Shown: positions 13,396 through 27,064, counted from the first letter of the stretch. The stretch is DNA of 64,000 bases from Callorhinchus milii (GCF_018977255.1 NW_024704758.1:14260001-14324000), one strand, 5' to 3'. Made by a program: numbers and translations. Notes: generated from the sequence alone by a model not told the origin.

Positions 13396-16300
13396 ACAAA
13401 AGATAAATAGGTATGCCACAGGTTTGGGCTGTTTGCTTTTACCTTGTCTGTGTGTGTGTGTGTGTGTTCATACTGAGAATGTAAAAGCTGAATTATATTT
13501 CCTCGACCATCACCACTGAACTCTCAATTAAAGATGCCCAAAGAGAATCTTAATGAATGTCCAGCAGCTGTTTTATTTCATGGCTCGTATCCGATTTCCA
13601 TTCCTGGGTGTCATTTCGAACATTTTACTAACTGCTTCCAGCTCCGACCACTTAACCCCTCCTGGGCCAGGCTGCAAATGTGTTCACCTCAAATGAATCA
13701 AAAGTCTGGCAACCGCCAGCAACACAGTTCCAGGATCCTGATCCTCAAATGTAATGCGTTTCGACAGCGACATGTGGCTGTGTTCTTTCGCTGGGAAAGT
13801 TGGGGAGACCTCACTCACTCTTGATGTTGCCTGGATTTATTTATTCCCTGAAAGTTGTAGATTTGGTTTGTCAAGTCATTCTTCCACTGCAAACTCGTGC
13901 CTGTCTCGTTCCAAAGCTTTAGCTGTAGATTCAGCGGAGTGTACAGTAACTAGTTCTGGCGTGGAGGACGCTATTTAAATCCAAGTTGTTGTTGTAGTTC
14001 CACCTTGGGCATCTTAAGTGAAAAATCGCGGGTGAACGACGTGGCAGTTTATCTGTGGTTTCCTATATTGTCAATCCAAAAACTAGCTCCATCAACACCG
14101 AAAGGAGACAACACCACATTAACGGTCCATGCATGTAAGCTCAACTGATAGAAAGCTATCCATGGCTGCCTAGTCATGAGGCCCAACATACACACTCTAT
14201 ACCTTTTTTCATATCTGTCACATGCTCATGGGTTTCATCTGTTTCTGTTGTCAGCAATGTCTGACCTTGCAGCCGGTGAATGATGGTGGCTTTTAGCCCT
14301 TCCATTAGCCTTTCATTGGCCTGTGGGTGCACTCTGACAAGAGAGTGAGAGGCTATCACAACCATCAATGTCCGTTTACCAACAAGCAATTTGCAATTGA
14401 TTCCTGGGAATGTTAAGCCACAGAACTAGAATCCGTTTGAACGTACAGTTTTTTCTTCTTCTTCGAATCCAAGTTTAGGAAATCTTCTTGGGAGATTTTT
14501 GGCTTGGGGTTCAGGAAGGAGTAGATGTGAATATCAGCAGAACTTCCTCCAGTCATACTTCTTGCTGTTCCACTTGTTGTAGGTTGAATCAATGTCAATG
14601 TCCCTTGAACATGTGCAGTGACACAGCTGGTAAAAGAGATCAATCTTTACCTGTATTGTGGTAGATACACCTCCTGCCTTTGGTTGGTTGATAGTACCAG
14701 ATTTCTGATGAATCTCGTTGCTTTCAGGAATGTAATTTTGATCAGCCGGGTGTCTGAGACATACATAAACCCATCACCATGCTTAGGAGTATCCAAACCC
14801 AAATCAGAGTTCCCCAAATGTTTGCCATATAAACACACAGAGAAATCTCTCCTTTTTCTGAACAGTATTAGGCACAGAACTGCAAGAGCTAAGGTTTGGG
14901 GACCCCAGAATGTGCATTCAGGTACTGATGGAGGTTAACCAACTGCATCCCTGGACACAGCACTGTATCCCCATGCTAGAGAGAAGTACAGATCATGTAA
15001 CTGTACCTCACTTCACTCTTAAAACCATCCTGGTGTCAAACCGGAAAGTGCAATTGACAAGAGAGGCTTGGATGAAGAGGGTTCTTCGGCCCATTCGTTC
15101 TCATTTTTAAGTGATGGGAATTGACGGGGAACAGAGCAATTCTAAAGAATGACTTCAGGTCACTTTTAACTCTAACCAGCCTGATTTCTTGGGTAAGGAC
15201 TCGATGACTATTGGGGTGAAACATTTGCCAACACTTGTGATGTTATCACATTTTACATTCCGCCACTCCTCCCCATAGCACATAGCTATGTCACTACGTG
15301 CAAGAAGAAAAAATTCCATACTTTAAATTCTGTTACCATCTCCCCTATGTATCGCATGTTTCTGAAGAGGCCCAGTAACATTATCAATGTTTATTTTGCT
15401 GTGAATAACGATTAAACTTCCTGATTTCTCTCAGGTAACTTTTCTTTTGAAGAGTAAATTTGACCTTGCATGCTGCCCGGACACTAAGAGCTTTGGATCT
15501 AGAAATAGGTTACATTTTACTTTGTGCTTCTGATTTTTCTGCAAGAGTTAGGTGTATCTTATTATTATTAATATTATTATTATCTTTTGTGAATTCAGTG
15601 TCATACTTAGAACTGCCAGGAACGTTAAATAGTAGTAGTGTCTATTTGGGTTACACTGTTAAGAATTCATTACAGCATTATGTGATATGGTGCTGAAATA
15701 GGAGACTTTTTCTTTACGCAAGGATGATGAAGTTTAGTCACTCAGTGAACTCAGGGCCTGATAAGAGTGGTGTCTGCTGGTGAGGTTCATTTTTTACAAG
15801 GCCATCTGTATCCATTCAAGAAAAGCTAGGTTCTTTGACCAGTCATTAATCAGAATGAAGCTGATAGAATGTTCCCTTGATGAGAAAGGAAAGACAAAAG
15901 AAACCGAGATGTTAATATACTTCACTCTGGGGTTAAATGTCAGTCCTGAGGTAAACAAACCAATGACGAAATAATATACAGAAGCATCAGGATTACACGT
16001 GTGTTTAAGAAATCACTGTCCCGTTTGCTGCTATCAATGTTGTTATCATGTATTTGTCTTTCTTTTAACTCACGTGTAAATCAGTTTGAACATTACTGTT
16101 TTCTCTTCATTTCGTTTCTGACACTGTTTTCACATCCTTATCACTTGTTTGTGATTGATTCGATCGTTTGCTTCTCATCATCGACAGAGCATTTCATCCC
16201 CAAATTTCCTTTTAATAGTTTATATTTTTATCACCTCGAAAGGTCTATTTAATTTATGGGGTGAACAGGAGAGGGTTCCTCGTGAACATGAGTAAATTGC

Positions 16301-19300
16301 CTTTTATTGCCTCAAACTTGTCCTCTTCTATGTAATTTGATCATTTTTATTTCTGCGCTTTTAACTCTTGAATTTTTGCCTGCTTCACTTTTAGTGAGAC
16401 ATTTAGCATCTTAATTTAATAAAATGTATATGCTTGATTACACGATACAAGTGTGATTTATATATTTAATTGCACCAATCTCTTGCATGTAAATCAATGT
16501 ATTTATTCTAATGGCTTCACATGAATTAAAATAATAAGTTTAAAGCAAAGGAAAACCAGTCTGAATTGTACATCCAGTGACTAATTTCTTCCATTTGAGC
16601 AAGGTTTACCTCATCTTCACCCTCGGGACAGTCTGGTAAAAGACTAACATTATGATTTAACCATGATTTAATTATGATTTCATTTTTATTTTGCAAAGCT
16701 GCATTATAGTTTGTGAGGAATCAGCCTACTGATAAGATAACAATGATGACATGATCATAAGTGAATAACTTGCAATTGCAGAAGACCTCTAAAATGCACT
16801 CAATAAACACTAAGCACCATTAAAGGATTAGTATTAGCCTGATAGAAGCCTTGATTAAGTACGAGGTAAGCAATGGTACACAGTAAATCAATGTCTTTCT
16901 AGATTATTATCCTTTGGATCATGTCAAGCTTTGCCCATCTCCATACCGGTGCTATGTTCCTGCGAGCACATGTATGGTGTTAAAAGGTTAACACTTGATT
17001 GACAGCTTGCCCTTAACCACTTTGCTGTAGAGGTCATTACAAAGCTGATCATTTAGGTTTGAAGCTTTCATCTTTCACAGAACATAAGTTCGTTTGGCAT
17101 TCACTTGGAAGGAGAAATCCTATATTTAAGTAAGCTGAGTGATTAGCAAAAGCACCAATTCTACCAGCATCCACTATATCAGGCCGCAAAAGTTGAGGGA
17201 AATAACTGTTTTATATCTTATTGTTTTACCTGAAATTATTTTCTGAAATGCCATATCATGACTGTTACAGTGATCAATATCTGATACAGATGATCAGTCC
17301 CAAAACAAGACTGAATTAACTCAATGAGCCGTCCCCTTAGCAGGACTCAATTACATTTTAATTTAAAATGCTTGTTTAATTGGATTAAAGTGTATATGCT
17401 ACAGATTTAGACAGCTGTGAAATATTGCCCTCCATCATTGAGCTGAGCAACAATGACCAACCAATTCTTAACGACATTAACTCGCCCGAGATGAAAGAGA
17501 GAGTTCTTTAAAAAGAAATCATTGCACAGTTGACAATTACAAAGCACTTTTCCCGCAGCAAGTTTCCACCAGTGTGTACCATGCAATGACTTCACCTTCT
17601 GACACAGAGGAAGCCCAATGAAAGTACAGACATGATGCAGCTGGCCCAGGCAATTTCCATTGGCAAAGCATTGGTGTCTGAGCACAAGCCTCTGCATCAA
17701 ACAGCCGAAAGAGCTACTACTGTAAAAGCAGTATTAATTGCACACATTAATCATAGGCATTCGGGTCATGGAGGTGAGTGGAGGGTGAGGATAAGTCAAG
17801 AATTTCTGCCATGAATTTTCCTACGTTATTTTTTCGGGTTGCTTTTTCTCAATGAAAGTTGCTGACGGAAAGCCAGGGCTTTTTCTCCTCTGCTCCGCCC
17901 CCCGCCCCCCACCACTATTTATTTTTAAAGGAGTCATATTTCTTAGAGTTAAGCTTTTATTACATCAATGGGCACTCACAAAATAGGATTTCAGAACTGT
18001 TTTGGACTTGGATCAGGTTTGCGATTAACTTCTGGTTTCTTTCACAACTCCAAGAAGGTTATTACCTCCTTGTTTTTTTTTGCTCTGTTCTTAAATTGAT
18101 ACTGATTGTTTTTCCACTTATTCTATGCTGTCCAACTTACTTCCAAATACAGTAGTGGCCGACCAGCAGATGCTGACGACTTAAGTCCCAGTAAATGGAA
18201 ACTGCAATCAAAGCGCGGACAAATAAATAAACTCATGAAATGTAACTTTTCAAATAGAAGCTGCAATTCATAAGATCACAAGGTTACGTGTTCATGAACG
18301 TGCAAAGTTTTTTTTTATGTCGTACTCACGTCAGAATTACCAATCCAATTCAAAATCAAGCAGCTCTGAGTGAAAAAATGGTGTACGGTGTTTCGAGATG
18401 TCCCTTAAAGTGAAGGGTGAACGTACCTCAGTATCACATCATTTCTGTGTTACAGTTATTACACAGGACAAACATCTGCACAACATCTTTCATCACTTTT
18501 CCAAGAATGTAAGTTGTGAATTTCTTGTGGATCTTCGAAGCTGAAAGTCTCAGAGGCAGTCCAAGGTGCAGCAGAATAGCATCTCTCTCTCTCATCCCAG
18601 GAACCCAGCTTCAAGCGACATTTAAAGCCATCCAGACCCCGTGAGTTTATTTCTGAGTGGGCTATTCAGAAACGTCTCAAGTCTAAACTGATTCCCCAAA
18701 GTACAATTTTCTCAACAGTTGCCTTCCGTTGTGTTACGTGCTTCTTTGTCTCATGATGCTTAGGTATTTGTTCGAAGGTTGTTAAGGTTGGGGTGGTCAC
18801 CTGCGTCCACAGGTTTGGTTAATTGGAGGATGAGAGAAATGGACTGTGGGCAGCAATACTGTCCCAGTTTCAAGGTATGGGAATGTGACAATACATCAAA
18901 AGGTAAAGATTATTATTATTATTATTATTACTTAAGGGATATCACTAGAAAAGCAAATGATTAAACACGTTGTATATTTAATCTAATTAAGTAACAACAC
19001 AACACCAAAGCTCCACATTGCAGAAATTGGAATTAAAAAAAGCAGAGAATGCTGGAAATGTGAAGAAAGTCAGTCAGCGTGTGAAAGAGACAATTAGGTT
19101 TCAGGTGCAAAGCTTTATTGGCTTCATCAGGTCAAGGTAGATTTAATGGCCTGCTTTAATCTTGCGTTAGTTGAAATCCTAATGCAGTGGCAGTGTTTGA
19201 CCTTCAACGCACGGAACCTAAAAGTGACGCTGTTAAAACTTTTAAGAAGTTCTAAATCTTTAACTTAAAAATCTAAATCGAAAACATGTTTTTTTTAAAT

Positions 19301-19694
19301 TATTTTAATATATAAGTGCGCTTTCGCTCTTTGTCACCGCTTGGTCCGCAGTTCCACTTACGAACTAATTATTTTATTATTAATTTATTATTATTATTAT
19401 CCTTGCGTTTGATAGAGCGCCTTAGCACGCGCCCCCCCCCACCAGACGCCTCGAAGCGCTCGCCACAGAAATATGCTGCAAAGTGAATGGACTGTTTTTT
19501 TTTGTGGGCGATGTGTTTTAATGGTGACTCAGTTCTCCCCCTCTCCTCCCCCTCACCCTCAAGGCCGATTGACCAGTCTGTGCTGCCAATGGGTCTGTGC
19601 CTCTGGTTCCTCTCCCCCTCCCCCGGACCTGGTGTAATGTAATGTCACAGGAAGATCGAGCAGGTCAGTGGCTTCTGGTGGGTTTGACTGCCTT

Positions 19695-20306
19695 CCCCCC
19701 CCCCCCCCCCAGCCCCCAGCCCCCCCCCCCAGCCCCAGCCAGCCCCCCCCCCCAGCCACCAGCCCCCCCCCAGCCCCCCAGCCCCCCCAGCCCCCAGCCC
19801 CACCCCAGCCAGCCCGCCCCCAGCCCCAGCCCCCCCCCCCAGCCCCAGCCAACCCCCCCAGCCAGCCCCCCCCCCCCCCAGCCCCAGCCAGCCCCCCCCC
19901 AGCCAGCCCCCCCCCCCAGCCAGCCCCCCCCCCCCCAGCAGCCAGCCCCCCCCCCCAGCCCAGCCCCCCCCCCAGCCAGCCCAGCCCCCCCCCCCAGCCC
20001 CAGCCCCCCCCCCCCCCCAGCCAGCCCCCCCCCCCCAGCCAGCCCCCCCCCCCCCCAGCCAGCCCCCCCCCCCCCCCCCCAGCCCAGCCAGCCCCCCCCA
20101 GCCCCCCCCCCCCCCCAGCCAGCCCCCCCCCCCCCCCAGCCAGCCCCCCCCCCCCCAGCCAGCCCCCCCCCCCCCAGCCAGCCCCCCCCCCCCAGCCAGC
20201 CCCCCCCCCCCCCAGCCAGCCCCCCCACCCCAGCCCCAGCCAGCCCCCCCCCCAGCCAGCCCCCCCCCCCCCCCCCCAGCCAGCCCCCCCCCAGCCCCCC
20301 CCCCCC
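19695..20306. repeat. Low-complexity tandem tract of C-runs separated by AG or AGCCAG
   Basis: About 610 bp of variable-length C-runs punctuated by AG, essentially T-free on the + strand. Confidence 0.95.
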
Positions 20307-20991
20307 TCTGCTGTGCTGCAGTTCCCACCGTTGTTACAATGTGCTTCGTTGGTAACACAACATAACATAACATAACAGTGCAACTCTCTGGATACTGTTC
20401 TGGGGTTTGAGATACGTTTCCCGAATCGCCTCCACTCTCCAGTCAGAGGCTGAAGGGGTTTGTGGCTTTCAGTGAATGCTCCAATCGACCCCCACTCACC
20501 ACCACAGGACAAGACACTGCAGACTGTGCAGACCCCCCCCCCCCCCCCCCCCGCTTGCCTTTAGCTCTCACACGCAAAATAGTGGGTTTCACCCCAAATA
20601 TATATATATTTTTTAAAATATTATTGCACATGGTGCATTTGCCTAAACAAGTATTTTTTTTTGGGGGGGTGAGGGGAGGGGAAATGCTAATAATTATTGT
20701 CATAGGAATTATAATGCTATTTATAAGACTAATAATTTTTTTAGTAATTCTAATAACGATTGGAGTTATTAGTCCTGGATTGTTATAATAATGCAAATAA
20801 AAAGAATAATTCATAATATTGTACTAATAATTGTATAATCGCCATTCGATTATAGCCGGGAGGACTTCCCAGGTGCTGACGGGCATATTGTAGATGGCAC
20901 TCATTCTGCCCATTGCTAACCATCTTTGGTGTGTGTGTGTGTGAGTGTGAGTGTCAGAGAGAGACAAACATGTTACCATAATATTCATTAC

Positions 20992-21383
20992 GGAGTCACA
21001 TAATGTAGTGGTCAGCGCACTCGCCTCGCAAGGAAGAGGACTTGGGTTCAATTCGACTCCCGGGAGGGCAGGGCAAACCCTAAGGCAAGTTTCCTTACTC
21101 CACACACACACGCTCGCCTCTGTTTACCTAGCAGTAAGTGGGAACCCACTGTTAGTCGACCTGCGGATCGCTTTCCGGGGTAATAATCCCTTTTTTAAAA
21201 AAAAGTAATTGGTCACTCAATCCACGATTGTTTGTGGGACACGGCTGTGTGCAATCGGCTGCCGTGTTTCACCCACAAAGTCCACTTTAATCCACTTTAC
21301 AATGTATCCTGTGAAGCGCTTTGAGACATCTCGAAGACGTGATGAGGCATTACATCAAATGCAACGATTATTATTATTATTAT
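20992..21383 (+). mobile_element. Near full-length tRNA-derived SINE
   Basis: A-box-like TAATGTAGTGG (21001) and B-box-like GGTTCAATTCG (21045), central GGCAAGTTTCCTTACTCCAC...CTCTGTTTACCTAGCAGTAA, then Deu-like segment, L2 tail and (TTA)n. Confidence 0.85.
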
Positions 21384-22046
21384 CTGTCCTGTGACTGATG
21401 GAGGGCAGCCGAACTCACTTCCTTTCCTGTTCCTGACATGTCTTTGACCAGAAATTTCCCCTCACCCCTCCCAGTTGCATTGTTTTTTTGCGGAAATATC
21501 AGTGTAAGAACTACACCAATTTTCATCGGCGATCTGGGTTGAAAAATCTGTTAGAATAAATGAGAAGATTTTTAATTAAGCCAAATCGTTGTTATACAAA
21601 ATCTACAAAAGGAGCTTTTTCGTTTGGGTCCTCGTCTCAATCGTTTTGTTACTTTCAGGAGGATTTTTGGATCCCAGATTTGGCCCCTTGGGCGAAATTT
21701 ATCTCTGGGAGACATTTTTGGCTTTGATATTTATTGTGTTGGGTTCACAATGACCGAAGAGTGGCACACTCTCAAAGCTAGCCAAGGGATCAGTGCAGGG
21801 CAAACACTATTAACCTTTAATGAGGAAAGTTTGATGGTGGGGAAGAGTCAGTTGATACTGGACTTCCCTGCCAATAAACCACCCTGACAGTAAAAACAAA
21901 CACACAGAAGGGCCATCTAAAGAACAAGCAGATTGCTAATGCAGACTAAGGCAAACTCATCGTCCCTTTAATGCTGGTCTTCTGGCCTTTCTTGCAATAT
22001 GACTTAATAGAAGTGGCTCTGTAGCATTGGTTTCGGGTCAAGACAT

Positions 22047-22126
22047 ATTGAATCGTGGGGAATGTAGTCTTGACCCGTCACCACATGAATACTTATCAGC
22101 TCCATTGAATCACGGGAAATGTAGTT
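22047..22126 (-). promoter_or_regulatory. Two tandem ZNF143/THAP11-type ACTACAnnTCCC motifs (candidate promoter)
   Basis: Minus strand GACTACATTCCCCACGATTCAAT (22047-22069) and AACTACATTTCCCGTGATTCAAT (22104-22126). Confidence 0.45.
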
Positions 22127-23799
22127 TGGATTATTGATTAAATCAGATTTTATACGAATTAAACAAGTTTGCCTGCAACTCGGACTTCGCATAAGTCATA
22201 TTAAATGTTATAATCCCAACTGATACGACTTATGTGAGGTTTACAGCAGTTATATTGTTTAAAAGAGAGACCAGATGGTATGAGTGCATCTTTAAATGCA
22301 TTGATTTAAATCAAAATGACTGTACGATTCTCTGTTGAGTGAACTTTTGGCCTGGTGAATGGTACATTCCTGTGTAAAAGCCGACGTAAATTTAGAATCC
22401 ATAGTTTCCACAGAATGTTCCATATGTCTCGGGAGGTTTATTTTCCACCTTACATTGCTTTGTTGCCCCCTGATACCACTCTGCTGCCAGAACTAACGTA
22501 CTTAATATTTGTACAATGCTGAGCAGATATTTATTTTCTATTATTAATATCTCCAGATTATTTGCAACTCTACAGACAGTAGCAAAAATCCACTTTGGGA
22601 TATCTATAAAAATGCTTTATTTGTGTAGTATCTGCAGACGCTAATGTATTGGTAAACAGTGAAGTTTTCTCTTTAAACAATATTGAGAGTGAATTCATTT
22701 CAAAGCTTCACTTCCAAAATAATTCTGTTTACTTCCCTTCTTGTCATTTCAATTAATTAGTGGCATTTGTTATGAACTTGATGCATGATTGACAGTTAAG
22801 TGGTCAATCGTGTCTGCAAATAGTAATTTCTTAATTTAAAATAAGCAAAGGTAAGAAATAGAGATAAGGATTTTGATGCATTATTTATTTGGGTTTGGTT
22901 GTTGGGTGAAGTATATTGTACTCAAAGGTGAAAAGGGTCTTATCACTGGAAACAAAGGAGATTTTTTCCATATTAATAAAAGCTAAACATTCAAATCTGA
23001 TTGCAGTGCGTTGTTTGCTACAAATGGGAAATGTGTTTTTCAGTCTGTTTACAAACAGGAATAACTTATCTTGCCTTTTATCTAAATACCAATAGAGCAC
23101 AACATGAATGTGTTTATTTTACCTGCAAATTGATAGTCACTACACTTTGGAGAAAATCCTGTGAAGTGCTTAGGGATGTTTCAATGATGTGAGATCATAT
23201 TTAGTTATTCCAACGTTGGGATGGACCAGGTGGACTTTTTCTAACTTTTTTTCTGAATTCTGTGCATTCCTATAATCCTTTACAGCTAGATTCATTTTAT
23301 AAAACCAACTAGGAAATGACAAAAAAAGTACAATACTGCAACATGAAGAGGAACAATCCTGTGACAATTGTGTGAGACTGAAGAGATCTTCAAATGTAAC
23401 TGCAGACAGCTGTGCCCTCTAATGTTGATTTCGTGGATTGCAATAAGTTAGCAACTCGTCTTTTTGAAATTGTCATTCTTTTCAGACATGTATTGAACTC
23501 CACTGGGCCCAGTGTATTACTCTGCTTTTATTTCTTTGTTGCTCCTAGGTTCTCCCTGCATTTTCTATGTGTTCAAGTTCAACACCTTCAATATTGGGGG
23601 AAAAGGGTGGGTTAGGGGGGTGGAGCTCAGAGAGAGCTAGTTCAGGCTAAAAGTCAGTGTTGTTTCTGTAGGGAGGTATGATTCTAGGGGCATGGGAATC
23701 AGGCTTTGGTCCTTGATTTCCTTGCGTACTTTGAGATTGTCATTTTCACAGGGCTTTCCTCTAGCAGAGGTGCATCTGTTTCTATACTACTACCAATGT

Positions 23800-24110
23800 T
23801 CCTTCCATTTGATATAGCACCTTATCATGTCTTTGAGACATCTCAAGGCGCTTCACAGAATATAATGTAAAGTGAATTGACTGTATATTTTGTGGGTGAA
23901 ACACAGCAGCCAATTGTGCTCAGCAGCATCCCACAAACAGTCGTGGATTGAGTGACCAAATTATTATTATTATTTTTGTTTATTTATTTTTGAAGTGATT
24001 ATTAACCCCAGAAAAGCGGGTAATAACCTGACTTACTGCTAGGTAAACAGAGACATGTGGAGTAAGGAAACTGGCCTAAGGTTTTGCCCTGCCGGGAATT
24101 GGACCCGGAA
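23800..24110 (-). mobile_element. Same SINE family, inverted, near full length
   Basis: Reverse complement of the 20992 element, including TTACTGCTAGGTAAACAGAG...GTGGAGTAAGGAAAC. Confidence 0.8.
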
Positions 24111-27064
24111 AGCAGAGCTGTTATGCGTGCAGCATTGTTTCTGCTGTGTGCTTCAGTGTTTATAAAGAAGAAAACATAGTGATTTCCAGATGTTTAATTT
24201 GATTCAGATTGAGCTCTGGCTCAGAGAGCGAGGCTCAGCCAGGACTTGGCCCAAACTTGAAGGAAAGATGTCCAACTTGCCTATGTCTACTGGTAAAAAC
24301 GAGGGCTGAAGATACAAGTGAAACACATCTGAGAGACAAAATGACAGATTATTTCCAGAAGGCGAATTGCCCAAAAATTATAAACCGGTAATACTAAACC
24401 ATTTCTCCTATATGTCTGATATAACTTGACAGAATAAGTACTTTTTGATGGTGTATGCAGTTGGCTCTAATTATCTTGATTCCTGATCCAAGTGTACAAT
24501 TCCAATGGACCAAATCACTTCCTATTCACTTCTGTGTCTTCCAACTTCAGAAGAATATCCTTGACTGCACCAGCTTCCCTGTTCTCATGCAACCCATCCT
24601 CTTTGATTCAGTTTTGTCAATTAGTGGCAAATTACAGGCAGATTAATGATGTGTAGCTGTGTTTATTAGCAACTGAGTTGAGCTAATCCCAGATTTACTC
24701 ATGTAGGAGACTTGCTGCCAGCACAGAAAGTGCACAAATCCAGTCCTTCCTTAGTGCAATCTAAGGAACTCTGACACCAACAAAGTTATCTTAATGTACA
24801 ACAACAACTTGAAGCGCCCATTACACAGGGCAGTGTCTCGGAGCTTGATCTGGAGCCGGAGGGAGGGAGGAGGTTAAGCACGGTCGAAGAGGAAGTTCTT
24901 CAGTCGGGATCTGAAGGAGTGGGCAAGGCGGAGGGATTGTGGGAGAGAGTTCCAAAGCTTTGAGGCATAGTGGCTGAAAGTGTAGCTTCCGATTGTAAAG
25001 CATCATTCAGTCACCGAGTTAAATGTTTCTAACTGGCTTTGAGAGCAACAGTAGACACTCTGCTTTATTTCTGAACTGTAACTGAGAATATTATTTAAAG
25101 GATTTCCAGCATGGCAGCTAAAGATGTTGAAAGTAGCTTTGGGCCCAGTGATTATCTGCGGGGTCGATTTATTTTATTCCACAGGGTCAAAAGCCACAGG
25201 AATGGTACACCATCGTTCATAAGAGAAATATTTTCATGTAAATTTAATCATGTACTTGAGTATAACATGCATGCATGATCCTCTGTGACCTGAACCTCTA
25301 TGCTGTGCTGTGGGAAAACCTTGCTTTGCAGACTTACATGTTTTAATGGATGTGTTCATCAAGGGAACTGGACCTTTTTAAGCAAAGCAAATACAGTGCA
25401 GTAATCCATTTTACTGGAAAGAGAAAAATGTAGGCTTATTTTTTTGTGTGGGCGAATGAGGATAGATAGCATGTCTCAAACGCTCAAAGTTGCGTTCCCT
25501 TCAGTTTTGCAGTAAATAATTTCTTGTATGGAGCATGTTGATCACTTTCTGTGCAGGTAATAATCCCTCCCATCCAAAATAAAAATGTGTGCACCCAATC
25601 CACGACTGTTTGTGGGACCCTGCTGTGCGCAATTGGCTGCCTCGTTTTGCCCACAAAATACACAGTCACTGCACTGTACCATACATTCTGTGCAGCGCTT
25701 TAAGACGTCTCGACAATGTGATAAAGCGCTATATCAAACGCAAGGATTATTATTATTATGTTTCCATGTAGGATGTGAAGATTGAAATCCAGCAAAGAGA
25801 AATTGCTGCATAGTGCAGAGAGTGTAAGCAACTCACCCTCTTTAGCCTCTGGTCACCAGTGGCTAACTATGAGGAATGCAAGTGGGGCCAGGGGAGACCT
25901 TGTTCACACAGGTCTCAGATTGATGATGTAAAGCGATGGACCTTAGCATTTGAATATTCCATCATTGTAGCCTGCAACACCTCAGCTCACTGTTGCAATG
26001 CCAGGCACGGGAAAGTAATGGATTGGGGGGGGAGGGGGGTGGGAAGTGACAACCGGTCTCAGTTACACATTAACATCAATTATACTTTGGAAAACAGTGT
26101 GTCACTGGTGGTCGATTAAAATGTGACCACCATTGTTTGTGTAGGTGAGAGGCTAATTATTTTGACGTTTTTCTTATTTATTAATGGTGGTGGTAAACAT
26201 TAAGATAAAGGATGATCTCGAACAAGGTGACGGATCAAAAGTGCGGACGAAGCAATGGTCAACATGCTGCTAGGGAAACCCATTAATTTGAAATATGGCT
26301 TACCTTTGGGTCACTTTTAGTGATTAGTAACCATGCCAAAGTTTTTTGGGGATTGTAAAGAGCTGGAAAAAATGTTCCCTTGGAATAAGATGAAAGGAGT
26401 AAATGTTAACTTAGGTGAGTATGTCATTGGACTTGCAGCTTTCTAAAGCTTGATGTGTGTGATAAGCCCAGGTGGTCAATGATGAAATTCTCATGCATTT
26501 ATAGCGCATTTACGGGTGAAAAAAGGGGTGATGTGATAAGCATCACCAGTGATAATACGTCGGCATGACTTGCATGACATACATTGGGCTACTGGGAACA
26601 GTCCCTTCCTTATGAGGTTGCTTATTGAGGGACCTAGTACACATCACCCCAACGTGAAGTCAATTTTGTCACGAGGCCGAAACTAATGCACTGTAGGATA
26701 AAATCACGAGCTATTTTTACAATGGTACACTTGCACATCCTTGCATCAAATCTGTGTTAGTTTTTGTCCCATTCCATATGAAGATATAGAAATTCAATAA
26801 ACACCCATCTTTTTGGCAAAAATATGTAGTTGCTGCACTTCACAGTTAAAAAAAATCCTGTGAAGAAATTTGAGACGTTTCAACAACATATGTGTAAGGC
26901 ATAATGGCAAATGCTGGGATTATTAATTTTATTTAATTATTTCCTTTTCTTCTACCACAAGTTCTACTGCAGCATTCTGTAAAATAATGTTTTGTAATAA
27001 AACTCCTCCTTCTAAAATTTACACACGGCTTATTGCATTGTGGTGGCAATTACACTTCCAATTT

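Noticed and set aside
18157-18177. CTCF-like CCAGCAGATGCTG between WT1 and THEM7
   Set aside because: Lacks the GGCG end of the core. A single weak match cannot be supported without ChIP or conservation data.
19559-20512. Long poly-Pro and poly-Gly ORFs in several frames
   Set aside because: By-product of a C/G-rich tandem tract lacking stop codons. Open on both strands, with no domain or splice support.
20992-21062. Possible tRNA gene
   Set aside because: A and B boxes are degenerate, no full cloverleaf, and the sequence continues into a SINE body.
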